Of a DNA stretch of 64,000 bases, positions 40,501 to 54,689 are shown piece by piece; within the stretch, counting starts at the first letter, position 1; every line of letters begins with the position of its first letter. A model generated the notes under the pieces. That model was not told the origin of the DNA. It was given only the letters and a program-made list of their open reading frames with translations, and made no database searches. A program made the position numbers and the translations under genes. The stretch lies in NCBI RefSeq assembly GCF_009914755.1, contig NC_060931.1; one strand, given 5' to 3'. This stretch comes from the human T2T-CHM13v2.0 reference genome, Homo sapiens.

Positions 40501-43500
40501 GTTGGAAACGGGATTTCTTCATTGAATGCTAGACGGAAGAATTCTCAGTAAATTCTTTGTGTTGTGTGCATTCAACTCACCGAGTGGAACGTCCCTTTAG
40601 ACAGACCAGATTTGAAACACTCTTTTTGCGAAATTTGGAAGTGTAGATTTCAAGCCATTTGATGCCAACAATAGAAAGGGAAATATCTTCAAATAAAAAC
40701 TAGACAGAATCATTCTCAGAAAATTCTTTGTGATGTGTGCGTTCAACTCACATAGTTTAACCTTTCTTTTCATAGAGCAGTTTGGAAACACTCTGTTTGT
40801 AAAGTCTGCAAGTAGATATATGGACCGCTTTGAGGCCTTCGTTGGAAACGGGATTTCTTCATTTCATGCTAGACAGAAGAATTCTCAGTAACTCCTTTGT
40901 GTTGTGTGTATTCAACTCACAGTGTGGAACGTCCCTTTAGACAGAGCAGATTTGAAACACTCTTTTTGTGGAATTTGCAAGTGGAGATTTCAAGCGATTT
41001 GATGCCAGCAGTAGAAAAGGAAATATCTTCTAATAAAAACTAGACAGAATCATTCTCAGAAACTACTTTGTGATGTGTGCCTTCAACTCACAGAGTTTAA
41101 CCTTTCTTTTCTTAGAGCAGTTTAGAAACACTCTGCTGCTTATGTCTGCAAGTGGATATTTGGACCTCTTTGAGGCCTTCGTTGCAAACGGGATTTCTTC
41201 CTTTAATGCTAGACTAAGAAGAGTTCTCAGTAACTTTTTTGTGTTGTGTGTATTCAACTCACAGAGTTGAACCTTGCTTTAGAGAGAGCAGATTTGAAAC
41301 ACTCTTGCTGTGGCATTTTCAGGTGGAGATTTCAAGCGATTTGAGGACAATTGCAGAAAAGGAAATATCTTCGTATAATAACCAGACAGAATCATTCTCA
41401 GAAAGTGCTTTGTGATGTGTGCGTTCAACTCACAGAGTTTAACCTTTCTTTTCATAGAGGAGTTTGGAAACACACTGTTTGTAAAGTCTGCAAGTGGATA
41501 TATGGACCTGTTTGAGGCCTTCGTTGGAAACGGGATTTCTTCATTGAATGCTAGACGGAAGAATTCTCAGTAAATTCTTTGTGTTGTGTGCATTCAACTC
41601 ACAGAGTGGAACGTCCCTTTAGACAGAGCAGATTTGAAACACTCTTTTTGCGGAATTTGCAATTGGAGATTTCTAGCCATTTGATGCCAACGGTAGAAAG
41701 GGAAATATCTTCAAATAAAAACTAGACAGAATCATCCTCAGAAAATTCTTTGTGATGTGTGCGTTCAACTCACATAGTTTAACCTTTCTTTTCATAGACC
41801 AGTTTGGAAACACTCTGTTGGTAATGTCTGCAAGTGGATATATGGACCGCTTTGAGGACTTCGTTGGAAACGGAATTTCTTAATTTCATGCTAGACAGAA
41901 GAATTCTCAGTAACTTCTTTGTGTTGTGTGTATTCAACTGACAGATTGGAATGTCCCATTACACAGAGCAGTTTTGAAACACTCTTTTTGTGGAATTTAA
42001 AAGTGGAGAATTCAAGCGATTTGATGCCAAAAGTTGGAAAGGAAATATCTTCAAATAAAAATTAGACAGAATCATTCTCAGAAAATTCTTTGTGATGTGT
42101 GCGTTCAGCTCACATAGTTTAACCTTTCTTTTCATAGAGCAGTTTCGAAACACACTGTTTGTAAAATCTGCAAGTGGATATATGTACCGCTTTGAGGCAT
42201 TCCTTGGAAACGGGATTTCTTCATTGAATGCTAGACAGAAGAATTCTCAGTAAATTCTTTGTGTTGTGTGCATTCAACTCACCGAGTGGAACGTCCCTTT
42301 AGACAGACCAGATTTGAAACACTCTTTTTGCGAAATTTGGAAGTGGAGATTTCAAGCCATTTGATGCCAACAATAGAAAGGGAAATATCTTCAAATAAAA
42401 ACTAGGCAGAATCATTCTCAGAAAATTCTTTGTGATGTGTGCGTTCAACTCACATAGTTTAACCTTTCTTTTCATAGAGCAGTTTGGAAACACTCTGTTT
42501 GTAAAGTCTGCAAGTAGATATATGGACCGCTTTGAGGCCTTCGTTGGAAACGGGATTTCTTCATTTCATGCTAGACAGAAGAATTCTCAGTAACTCCTTT
42601 GTGTTGTGTGTATTCAACTCACAGTGTGGAACGTCCCTTTAGACAGAGCAGATTTCAAACACTCTTTTTGTGGAATTTGCAAGTGGAGATTTCAAGCGAT
42701 TTGATGCCAGCAGTAGAAAAGGAAATATCTTCAAATAAAAACTAGACAGAATCATTCTCAGAAACTACTTTGTGATGTGTGCCTTCAACTCACAGAGTTT
42801 AACCTTTCTTTTCTTAGAGCAGTTTAGAAACACTCTGCTTCTTATGTCTGCAAGTGGATATTTGGACCTCTTTGAGGCCTTCGTTGCAAACGGGATTTCT
42901 TCCTTTAATGCTAGACTAAGAAGAGTTCTCAGTAACTTTTTTGTGTTGTGTGTATTCAACTCACAGAGTTGAACCTTGCTTTAGAGAGAGCAGATTTGAA
43001 ACACTCTTGCTGTGGCATTTTCAGGTGGAGATTTCAAGCGATTTGAGGACAATTGCAGAAAAGGAAATATCTTCGTATAATAACCAGACAGAATCATTCT
43101 CAGAAAGTGCTTTGTGATGTGTGCGTTCAACTCACAGAGTTTAACCTTTCTTTTCATAGAGGAGTTTGGAAACACACTGTTTGTAAAGTCTGCAAGTGGA
43201 TATATGGACCTGTTTGAGGCCTTCGTTGGAAACGGGATTTCTTCATTGAATGCTAGACGGAAGAATTCTCAGTAAATTCTTTGTGTTGTGTGCATTCAAC
43301 TCACAGAGTGGAACGTCCCTTTAGACAGAGCAGATTTGAAACACTCTTTTTGCGGAATTTGCAATTGGAGATTTCTAGCCATTTGATGCCAACGGTAGAA
43401 AGGGAAATATCTTCAAATAAAAACTAGACAGAATCATCCTCAGAAAATTCTTTGTGATGTGTGCGTTCAACTCACATAGTTTAACCTTTCTTTTCATAGA

Positions 43501-46500
43501 CCAGTTTGGAAACACTCTGTTGGTAATGTCTGCAAGTGGATATATGGACCGCTTTGAGGACTTCGTTGGAAACGGAATTTCTTAATTTCATGCTAGACAG
43601 AAGAATTCTCAGTAACTTCTTTGTGTTGTGTGTATTCAACTGACAGATTGGAATGTCCCATTACACAGAGCAGTTTTGAAACACTCTTTTTGTGGAATTT
43701 AAAAGTGGAGAATTCAAGCGATTTGATGCCAAAAGTTGGAAAGGAAATATCTTCAAATAAAAATTAGACAGAATCATTCTCAGAAAATTCTTTGTGATGT
43801 GTGCGTTCAGCTCACATAGTTTAACCTTTCTTTTCATAGAGCAGTTTCGAAACACACTGTTTGTAAAATCTGCAAGTGGATATATGTACCGCTTTGAGGC
43901 ATTCCTTGGAAACGGGATTTCTTCATTGAATGCTAGACAGAAGAATTCTCAGTAAATTCTTTGTGTTGTGTGCATTCAACTCACCGAGTGGAACGTCCCT
44001 TTAGACAGAGCAGATTTGAAACAGTCTTTTTGCGAAATTTGGAAGTGGAGATTTCAAGCCATTTGATGCCAACAATAGAAAGGGAAATATCTTCAAATAA
44101 AAACTAGACAGAATCATTCTCAGAAAATTCTTTGTGATGTGTGCGTTCAACTCACATAGTTTAACCTTTCTTTTCATAGAGCAGTTTGGAAACACTCTGT
44201 TTGTAAAGTCTGCAAGTAGATATATGGACCGCTTTGAGGCCTTCGTTGGAAACGGGATTTCTTCATTTCATGCTAGACAGAAGAATTCTCAGTAACTCCT
44301 TTGTGTTGTGTGTATTCAACTCACAGTGTGGAACGTCCCTTTAGACAGAGCAGATTTGAAACACTCTTTTTGTGGAATTTGCAAGTGGAGATTTCAAGCG
44401 ATTTGATGCCAGCAGTAGAAAAGGAAATATCTTCAAATAAAAACTAGACAGAATCATTCTCAGAAACTACTTTGTGATGTGTGCCTTCAACTCACAGAGT
44501 TTAACCTTTCTTTTCTTAGAGCAGTTTAGAAACACTCTGCTTCTTATGTCTGCAAGTGGATATTTGGACCTCTTTGAGGCCTTCGTTGCAAACGGGATTT
44601 CTTCCTTTAATGCTAGACTAAGAAGAGTTCTCAGTAACTTTTTTGTGTTGTGTGTATTCAACTCACAGAGTTGAACCTTGCTTTAGAGAGTGCAGATTTG
44701 AAACACTCTTGCTGTGGCATTTTCAGGTGGAGATTTCAAGCGATTTGAGGACAATTGCAGAAAAGGAAATATCTTCGTATAATAACCAGAGAGAATCATT
44801 CTCAGAAAGTGCTTTGTGATGTGTGCGTTCAACTCACAGAGTTCAACCTTTCTTTTCATAGAGGAGTTTCGAAACACACTGTTTGTAAAGTCTGCAAGTG
44901 GATATATGGACCTGTTTGATGCCTTCGTTGGAAACGGGATTTTATCATATAATGCTAGACGGAAGAATTCTCAGTATATTCTTTGTGTTGTGTGCATTCA
45001 ACTCACAGAGTGGAACGTCCCTTTAGACAGAGAAGATTTTAAACACTCTTTTTGCGGAATTTGCAAGTGGAGTTTTCTAGCCATTTGATGCCAACAGTAG
45101 AAAGGGAAATATCTTCAAATAAAAACCAGACAGAATCATTCTCAGAAAATTCTTTGTGATGTGTGCGTTCAACTCACATAGTTTAACCTTTCTTTTCATA
45201 GAGCCGTTTGGAAACACTCTGTTTGTAAAGTCTGCAAGTGGATATTTGGACCGCATTGAGGCCTTCGTTGGAAACGGGATTTCTTCATTTCATGCTAGAC
45301 AGAAGAATTCTCAGTAACTTCTTTGTGCTGTGTGTATTCAACTCACAGAGTGCAACGTCCCTTTACACAGAGCAGATTTGAAACACTCTTTTTGTGGAAT
45401 TTGCAAGTGGAGATTTCAAGCGATTTGATGCCAACAGTAGAAAAGGAAATATCTTCAAATAAAAACTAGACAGAATCATTCTCAGAAACTACTTTGTGAT
45501 GTGTGCCTTCAACTCGCAGAGTTTAACCTTTCTTTTCTTAGAGCAGTTTAGAAACACTCTGCTTGTTATGTCTGCAAGTGGATATTTGGACCTCTTTGAG
45601 GCCTTCGTTGCAAACGGGATTTCTTCCTTTAATGCTAGACTAAGAAGAGTTCTCAGTAACTTTTTTGTGTTGTGTGTATTCAACTCACAGAGTTGAACCT
45701 TGCTTTAGAGAGAGCAGATTTGAAACACTCTTGCTGTGGCATTTTCAGGTGGAGATTTCAAGCGATTTGAGGACAATTGCAGAAAAGGAAATATCTTCGT
45801 ATAATAACCAGACAGAATCATTCTCAGAAAGTGCTTTGTGATGTGTGCGTTCAACTCACAGAGTTTAACCTTTCTTTTCATAGAGGAGTTTGGAAACACA
45901 CTGTTTGTAAAGTCTGCATGTGGATATATGGACCTGTTTGAGGCCTTCGTTGGAAACGGGATTTCTTCATTGAATGCTAGACGGAAGAATTCTCAGTAAA
46001 TTCTTTGTGTTGTGTGCATTCAACTCACCGAGTGGAACGTCCCTTTAGACAGACCAGATTTGAAACACTCTTTTTGCGAAATTTGGAAGTGGAGATTTCA
46101 AGCCATTTGATGCCAACAATAGAAAGGGAAATATCTTCAAATAAAAACTAGACAGAATCATTCTCAGAAAATTCTTTGTGATGTGTGCGTTCAACTCACA
46201 TAGTTTAACCTTTCTTTTCATAGAGCAGTTTGGAAACACTCTGTTTGTAAAGTCTGCAAGTAGATATATGGACCGCTTTGAGGCCTTCGTTGGAAACGGG
46301 ATTTCTTCATTTCATGCTAGACAGAAGAATTCTCAGTAACTCCTTTGTGTTGTGTGTATTCAACTCACAGTGTGGAACGTCCCTTTAGACAGAGCAGATT
46401 TGAAACACTCTTTTTGTGGAATTTGCAAGTGGAGATTTCAAGCGATTTGATGCCAGCAGTAGAAAAGGAAATATCTTCTAATAAAAACTAGACAGAATCA

Positions 46501-49500
46501 TTCTCAGAAACTACTTTGTGATGTGTGCCTTCAACTCACAGAGTTTAACCTTTCTTTTCTTAGAGCAGTTTAGAAACACTCTGCTGCTTATGTCTGCAAG
46601 TGGATATTTGGACCTCTTTGAGGCCTTCGTTGCAAACGGGATTTCTTCCTTTAATGCTAGACTAAGAAGAGTTCTCAGTAACTTTTTTGTGTTGTGTGTA
46701 TTCAACTCACAGAGTTGAACCTTGCTTTAGAGAGAGCAGATTTGAAACACTCTTGCTGTGGCATTTTCAGGTGGAGATTTCAAGCGATTTGAGGACAATT
46801 GCAGAAAAGGAAATATCTTCGTATAATAACCAGACAGAATCATTCTCAGAAAGTGCTTTGTGATGTGTGCGTTCAACTCACAGAGTTTAACCTTTCTTTT
46901 CATAGAGGAGTTTGGAAACACACTGTTTGTAAAGTCTGCAAGTGGATATATGGACCTGTTTGAGGCCTTCGTTGGAAACGGGATTTCTTCATTGAATGCT
47001 AGACGGAAGAATTCTCAGTAAATTCTTTGTGTTGTGTGCATTCAACTCACAGAGTGGAACGTCCCTTTAGACAGAGCAGATTTGAAACACTCTTTTTGCG
47101 GAATTTGCAATTGGAGATTTCTAGCCATTTGATGCCAACGGTAGAAAGGGAAATATCTTCAAATAAAAACTAGACAGAATCATCCTCAGAAAATTCTTTG
47201 TGATGTGTGCGTTCAACTCACATAGTTTAACCTTTCTTTTCATAGACCAGTTTGGAAACACTCTGTTGGTAATGTCTGCAAGTGGATATATGGACCGCTT
47301 TGAGGACTTCGTTGGAAACGGAATTTCTTAATTTCATGCTAGACAGAAGAATTCTCAGTAACTTCTTTGTGTTGTGTGTATTCAACTGACAGATTGGAAT
47401 GTCCCATTACACAGAGCAGTTTTGAAACACTCTTTTTGTGGAATTTAAAAGTGGAGAATTCAAGCGATTTGATGCCAAAAGTTGGAAAGGAAATATCTTC
47501 AAATAAAAATTAGACAGAATCATTCTCAGAAAATTCTTTGTGATGTGTGCGTTCAGCTCACATAGTTTAACCTTTCTTTTCATAGAGCAGTTTCGAAACA
47601 CACTGTTTGTAAAATCTGCAAGTGGATATATGTACCGCTTTGAGGCATTCCTTGGAAACGGGATTTCTTCATTGAATGCTAGACAGAAGAATTCTCAGTA
47701 AATTCTTTGTGTTGTGTGCATTCAACTCACCGAGTGGAACGTCCCTTTAGACAGAGCAGATTTGAAACAGTCTTTTTGCGAAATTTGGAAGTGGAGATTT
47801 CAAGCCATTTGATGCCAACAATAGAAAGGGAAATATCTTCAAATAAAAACTAGACAGAATCATTCTCAGAAAATTCTTTGTGATGTGTGCGTTCAACTCA
47901 CATAGTTTAACCTTTCTTTTCATAGAGCAGTTTGGAAACACTCTGTTTGTAAAGTCTGCAAGTAGATATATGGACCGCTTTGAGGCCTTCGTTGGAAACG
48001 GGATTTCTTCATTTCATGCTAGACAGAAGAATTCTCAGTAACTCCTTTGTGTTGTGTGTATTCAACTCACAGTGTGGAACGTCCCTTTAGACAGAGCAGA
48101 TTTGAAACACTCTTTTTGTGGAATTTGCAAGTGGAGATTTCAAGCGATTTGATGCCAGCAGTAGAAAAGGAAATATCTTCAAATAAAAACTAGACAGAAT
48201 CATTCTCAGAAACTACTTTGTGATGTGTGCCTTCAACTCACAGAGTTTAACCTTTCTTTTCTTAGAGCAGTTTAGAAACACTCTGCTTCTTATGTCTGCA
48301 AGTGGATATTTGGACCTCTTTGAGGCCTTCGTTGCAAACGGGATTTCTTCCTTTAATGCTAGACTAAGAAGAGTTCTCAGTAACTTTTTTGTGTTGTGTG
48401 TATTCAACTCACAGAGTTGAACCTTGCTTTAGAGAGTGCAGATTTGAAACACTCTTGCTGTGGCATTTTCAGGTGGAGATTTCAAGCGATTTGAGGACAA
48501 TTGCAGAAAAGGAAATATCTTCGTATAATAACCAGAGAGAATCATTCTCAGAAAGTGCTTTGTGATGTGTGCGTTCAACTCACAGAGTTCAACCTTTCTT
48601 TTCATAGAGGAGTTTCGAAACACACTGTTTGTAAAGTCTGCAAGTGGATATATGGACCTGTTTGATGCCTTCGTTGGAAACGGGATTTTATCATATAATG
48701 CTAGACGGAAGAATTCTCAGTATATTCTTTGTGTTGTGTGCATTCAACTCACAGAGTGGAACGTCCCTTTAGACAGAGAAGATTTTAAACACTCTTTTTG
48801 CGGAATTTGCAAGTGGAGTTTTCTAGCCATTTGATGCCAACAGTAGAAAGGGAAATATCTTCAAATAAAAACCAGACAGAATCATTCTCAGAAAATTCTT
48901 TGTGATGTGTGCGTTCAACTCACATAGTTTAACCTTTCTTTTCATAGAGCCGTTTGGAAACACTCTGTTTGTAAAGTCTGCAAGTGGATATTTGGACCGC
49001 ATTGAGGCCTTCGTTGGAAACGGGATTTCTTCATTTCATGCTAGACAGAAGAATTCTCAGTAACTTCTTTGTGCTGTGTGTATTCAACTCACAGAGTGCA
49101 ACGTCCCTTTACACAGAGCAGATTTGAAACACTCTTTTTGTGGAATTTGCAAGTGGAGATTTCAAGCGATTTGATGCCAACAGTAGAAAAGGAAATATCT
49201 TCAAATAAAAACTAGACAGAATCATTCTCAGAAACTACTTTGTGATGTGTGCCTTCAACTCGCAGAGTTTAACCTTTCTTTTCTTAGAGCAGTTTAGAAA
49301 CACTCTGCTTGTTATGTCTGCAAGTGGATATTTGGACCTCTTTGAGGCCTTCGTTGCAAACGGGATTTCTTCCTTTAATGCTAGACTAAGAAGAGTTCTC
49401 AGTAACTTTTTTGTGTTGTGTGTATTCAACTCACAGAGTTGAACCTTGCTTTAGAGAGAGCAGATTTGAAACACTCTTGCTGTGGCATTTTCAGGTGGAG

Positions 49501-52500
49501 ATTTCAAGCGATTTGAGGACAATTGCAGAAAAGGAAATATCTTCGTATAATAACCAGACAGAATCATTCTCAGAAAGTGCTTTGTGATGTGTGCGTTCAA
49601 CTCACAGAGTTTAACCTTTCTTTTCATAGAGGAGTTTGGAAACACACTGTTTGTAAAGTCTGCATGTGGATATATGGACCTGTTTGAGGCCTTCGTTGGA
49701 AACGGGATTTCTTCATTGAATGCTAGACGGAAGAATTCTCAGTAAATTCTTTGTGTTGTGTGCATTCAACTCACCGAGTGGAACGTCCCTTTAGACAGAC
49801 CAGATTTGAAACACTCTTTTTGCGAAATTTGGAAGTGGAGATTTCAAGCCATTTGATGCCAACAATAGAAAGGGAAATATCTTCAAATAAAAACTAGACA
49901 GAATCATTCTCAGAAAATTCTTTGTGATGTGTGCGTTCAACTCACATAGTTTAACCTTTCTTTTCATAGAGCAGTTTGGAAACACTCTGTTTGTAAAGTC
50001 TGCAAGTAGATATATGGACCGCTTTGAGGCCTTCGTTGGAAACGGGATTTCTTCATTTCATGCTAGACAGAAGAATTCTCAGTAACTCCTTTGTGTTGTG
50101 TGTATTCAACTCACAGTGTGGAACGTCCCTTTAGACAGAGCAGATTTGAAACACTCTTTTTGTGGAATTTGCAAGTGGAGATTTCAAGCGATTTGATGCC
50201 AGCAGTAGAAAAGGAAATATCTTCTAATAAAAACTAGACAGAATCATTCTCAGAAACTACTTTGTGATGTGTGCCTTCAACTCACAGAGTTTAACCTTTC
50301 TTTTCTTAGAGCAGTTTAGAAACACTCTGCTGCTTATGTCTGCAAGTGGATATTTGGACCTCTTTGAGGCCTTCGTTGCAAACGGGATTTCTTCCTTTAA
50401 TGCTAGACTAAGAAGAGTTCTCAGTAACTTTTTTGTGTTGTGTGTATTCAACTCACAGAGTTGAACCTTGCTTTAGAGAGAGCAGATTTGAAACACTCTT
50501 GCTGTGGCATTTTCAGGTGGAGATTTCAAGCGATTTGAGGACAATTGCAGAAAAGGAAATATCTTCGTATAATAACCAGACAGAATCATTCTCAGAAAGT
50601 GCTTTGTGATGTGTGCGTTCAACTCACAGAGTTTAACCTTTCTTTTCATAGAGGAGTTTGGAAACACACTGTTTGTAAAGTCTGCAAGTGGATATATGGA
50701 CCTGTTTGAGGCCTTCGTTGGAAACGGGATTTCTTCATTGAATGCTAGACGGAAGAATTCTCAGTAAATTCTTTGTGTTGTGTGCATTCAACTCACAGAG
50801 TGGAACGTCCCTTTAGACAGAGCAGATTTGAAACACTCTTTTTGCGGAATTTGCAATTGGAGATTTCTAGCCATTTGATGCCAACGGTAGAAAGGGAAAT
50901 ATCTTCAAATAAAAACTAGACAGAATCATCCTCAGAAAATTCTTTGTGATGTGTGCGTTCAACTCACATAGTTTAACCTTTCTTTTCATAGACCAGTTTG
51001 GAAACACTCTGTTGGTAATGTCTGCAAGTGGATATATGGACCGCTTTGAGGACTTCGTTGGAAACGGAATTTCTTAATTTCATGCTAGACAGAAGAATTC
51101 TCAGTAACTTCTTTGTGTTGTGTGTATTCAACTGACAGATTAGAATGTCCCATTACACAGAGCAGTTTTGAAACACTCTTTTTGTGGAATTTAAAAGTGG
51201 AGAATTCAAGCGATTTGATGCCAAAAGTTGGAAAGGAAATATCTTCAAATAAAAATTAGACAGAATCATTCTCAGAAAATTCTTTGTGATGTGTGCGTTC
51301 AGCTCACATAGTTTAACCTTTCTTTTCATAGAGCAGTTTCGAAACACACTGTTTGTAAAATCTGCAAGTGGATATATGTACCGCTTTGAGGCATTCCTTG
51401 GAAACGGGATTTCTTCATTGAATGCTAGACAGAAGAATTCTCAGTAAATTCTTTGTGTTGTGTGCATTCAACTCACCGAGTGGAACGTCCCTTTAGACAG
51501 ACCAGATTTGAAACACTCTTTTTGCGAAATTTGGAAGTGGAGATTTCAAGCCATTTGATGCCAACAATAGAAAGGGAAATATCTTCAAATAAAAACTAGG
51601 CAGAATCATTCTCAGAAAATTCTTTGTGATGTGTGCGTTCAACTCACATAGTTTAACCTTTCTTTTCATAGAGCAGTTTGGAAACACTCTGTTTGTAAAG
51701 TCTGCAAGTAGATATATGGACCGCTTTGAGGCCTTCGTTGGAAACGGGATTTCTTCATTTCATGCTAGACAGAAGAATTCTCAGTAACTCCTTTGTGTTG
51801 TGTGTATTCAACTCACAGTGTGGAACGTCCCTTTAGACAGAGCAGATTTGAAACACTCTTTTTGTGGAATTTGCAAGTGGAGATTTCAAGCGATTTGATG
51901 CCAGCAGTAGAAAAGGAAATATCTTCAAATAAAAACTAGACAGAATCATTCTCAGAAACTACTTTGTGATGTGTGCCTTCAACTCACAGAGTTTAACCTT
52001 TCTTTTCTTAGAGCAGTTTAGAAACACTCTGCTTCTTATGTCTGCAAGTGGATATTTGGACCTCTTTGAGGCCTTCGTTGCAAACGGGATTTCTTCCTTT
52101 AATGCTAGACTAAGAAGAGTTCTCAGTAACTTTTTTGTGTTGTGTGTATTCAACTCACAGAGTTGAACCTTGCTTTAGAGAGAGCAGATTTGAAACACTC
52201 TTGCTGTGGCATTTTCAGGTGGAGATTTCAAGCGATTTGAGGACAATTGCAGAAAAGGAAATATCTTCGTATAATAACCAGACAGAATCATTCTCAGAAA
52301 GTGCTTTGTGATGTGTGCGTTCAACTCACAGAGTTTAACCTTTCTTTTCATAGAGGAGTTTGGAAACACACTGTTTGTAAAGTCTGCAAGTGGATATATG
52401 GACCTGTTTGAGGCCTTCGTTGGAAACGGGATTTCTTCATTGAATGCTAGACGGAAGAATTCTCAGTAAATTCTTTGTGTTGTGTGCATTCAACTCACAG

Positions 52501-54689
52501 AGTGGAACGTCCCTTTAGACAGAGCAGATTTGAAACACTCTTTTTGCGGAATTTGCAATTGGAGATTTCTAGCCATTTGATGCCAACGGTAGAAAGGGAA
52601 ATATCTTCAAATAAAAACTAGACAGAATCATCCTCAGAAAATTCTTTGTGATGTGTGCGTTCAACTCACATAGTTTAACCTTTCTTTTCATAGACCAGTT
52701 TGGAAACACTCTGTTGGTAATGTCTGCAAGTGGATATATGGACCGCTTTGAGGACTTCGTTGGAAACGGAATTTCTTAATTTCATGCTAGACAGAAGAAT
52801 TCTCAGTAACTTCTTTGTGTTGTGTGTATTCAACTGACAGATTGGAATGTCCCATTACACAGAGCAGTTTTGAAACACTCTTTTTGTGGAATTTAAAAGT
52901 GGAGAATTCAAGCGATTTGATGCCAAAAGTTGGAAAGGAAATATCTTCAAATAAAAATTAGACAGAATCATTCTCAGAAAATTCTTTGTGATGTGTGCGT
53001 TCAGCTCACATAGTTTAACCTTTCTTTTCATAGAGCAGTTTCGAAACACACTGTTTGTAAAATCTGCAAGTGGATATATGTACCGCTTTGAGGCATTCCT
53101 TGGAAACGGGATTTCTTCATTGAATGCTAGACAGAAGAATTCTCAGTAAATTCTTTGTGTTGTGTGCATTCAACTCACCGAGTGGAACGTCCCTTTAGAC
53201 AGAGCAGATTTGAAACAGTCTTTTTGCGAAATTTGGAAGTGGAGATTTCAAGCCATTTGATGCCAACAATAGAAAGGGAAATATCTTCAAATAAAAACTA
53301 GACAGAATCATTCTCAGAAAATTCTTTGTGATGTGTGCGTTCAACTCACATAGTTTAACCTTTCTTTTCATAGAGCAGTTTGGAAACACTCTGTTTGTAA
53401 AGTCTGCAAGTAGATATATGGACCGCTTTGAGGCCTTCGTTGGAAACGGGATTTCTTCATTTCATGCTAGACAGAAGAATGCTCAGTAACTCCTTTGTGT
53501 TGTGTGTATTCAACTCACAGTGTGGAACGTCCCTTTAGACAGAGCAGATTTGAAACACTCTTTTTGTGGAATTTGCAAGTGGAGATTTCAAGCGATTTGA
53601 TGCCAGCAGTAGAAAAGGAAATATCTTCAAATAAAAACTAGACAGAATCATTCTCAGAAACTACTTTGTGATGTGTGCCTTCAACTCACAGAGTTTAACC
53701 TTTCTTTTCTTAGAGCAGTTTAGAAACACTCTGCTTCTTATGTCTGCAAGTGGATATTTGGACCTCTTTGAGGCCTTCGTTGCAAACGGGATTTCTTCCT
53801 TTAATGCTAGACTAAGAAGAGTTCTCAGTAACTTTTTTGTGTTGTGTGTATTCAACTCACAGAGTTGAACCTTGCTTTAGAGAGTGCAGATTTGAAACAC
53901 TCTTGCTGTGGCATTTTCAGGTGGAGATTTCAAGCGATTTGAGGACAATTGCAGAAAAGGAAATATCTTCGTATAATAACCAGAGAGAATCATTCTCAGA
54001 AAGTGCTTTGTGATGTGTGCGTTCAACTCACAGAGTTCAACCTTTCTTTTCATAGAGGAGTTTCGAAACACACTGTTTGTAAAGTCTGCAAGTGGATATA
54101 TGGACCTGTGTGATGCCTTCGTTGGAAACGGGATTTTATCATATAATGCTAGACGGAAGAATTCTCAGTAAATTCTTTGTGTTGTGTGCATTCAACTCAC
54201 AGAGTGGAACGTCCCTTTAGACAGAGAAGATTTTAAACACTCTTTTTGCGGAATTTGCAAGTGGAGTTTTCTAGCCATTTGATGCCAACAGTAGAAAGGG
54301 AAATATCTTCAAATAAAAACCAGACAGAATCATTCTCAGACAATTCTTTGTGATGTGTGCGTTCAACTCACATAGTTTAACCTTTCTTTTCATAGAGCCG
54401 TTTGGAAACACTCTGTTTGTAAAGTCTGCAAGTGGATATATGGACCGCATTGAGGCCTTCGTTGGAAACGGGATTTCTTCATTTCATGCTAGACAGAAGA
54501 ATTCTCAGTAACTTCTTTGTGCTGTGTGTATTCAACTCACAGAGTGCAACGTCCCTTTACACAGAGCAGATTTGAAACACTCTTTTTGTGGAATTTGCAA
54601 GTGGAGATTTCAAGCGATTTGATGCCAACAGTAGAAAAGGAAATATCTTCAAATAAAAACTAGACAGAATCATTCTCAGAAACTACTTT
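34600..54689 (+). repeat. Super-HOR run: 5,448 + 5,448 + 3,746 + 5,448 bp (32-, 32-, 22-, 32-mer)
   Basis: Unit order 6,10,10,6 / 6,10,10,6 / 6,10,6 / 6,10,10,6 starting at 34600, 40048, 45496 and 49242. Shared rare variants occur at matching offsets. Confidence 0.9.
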
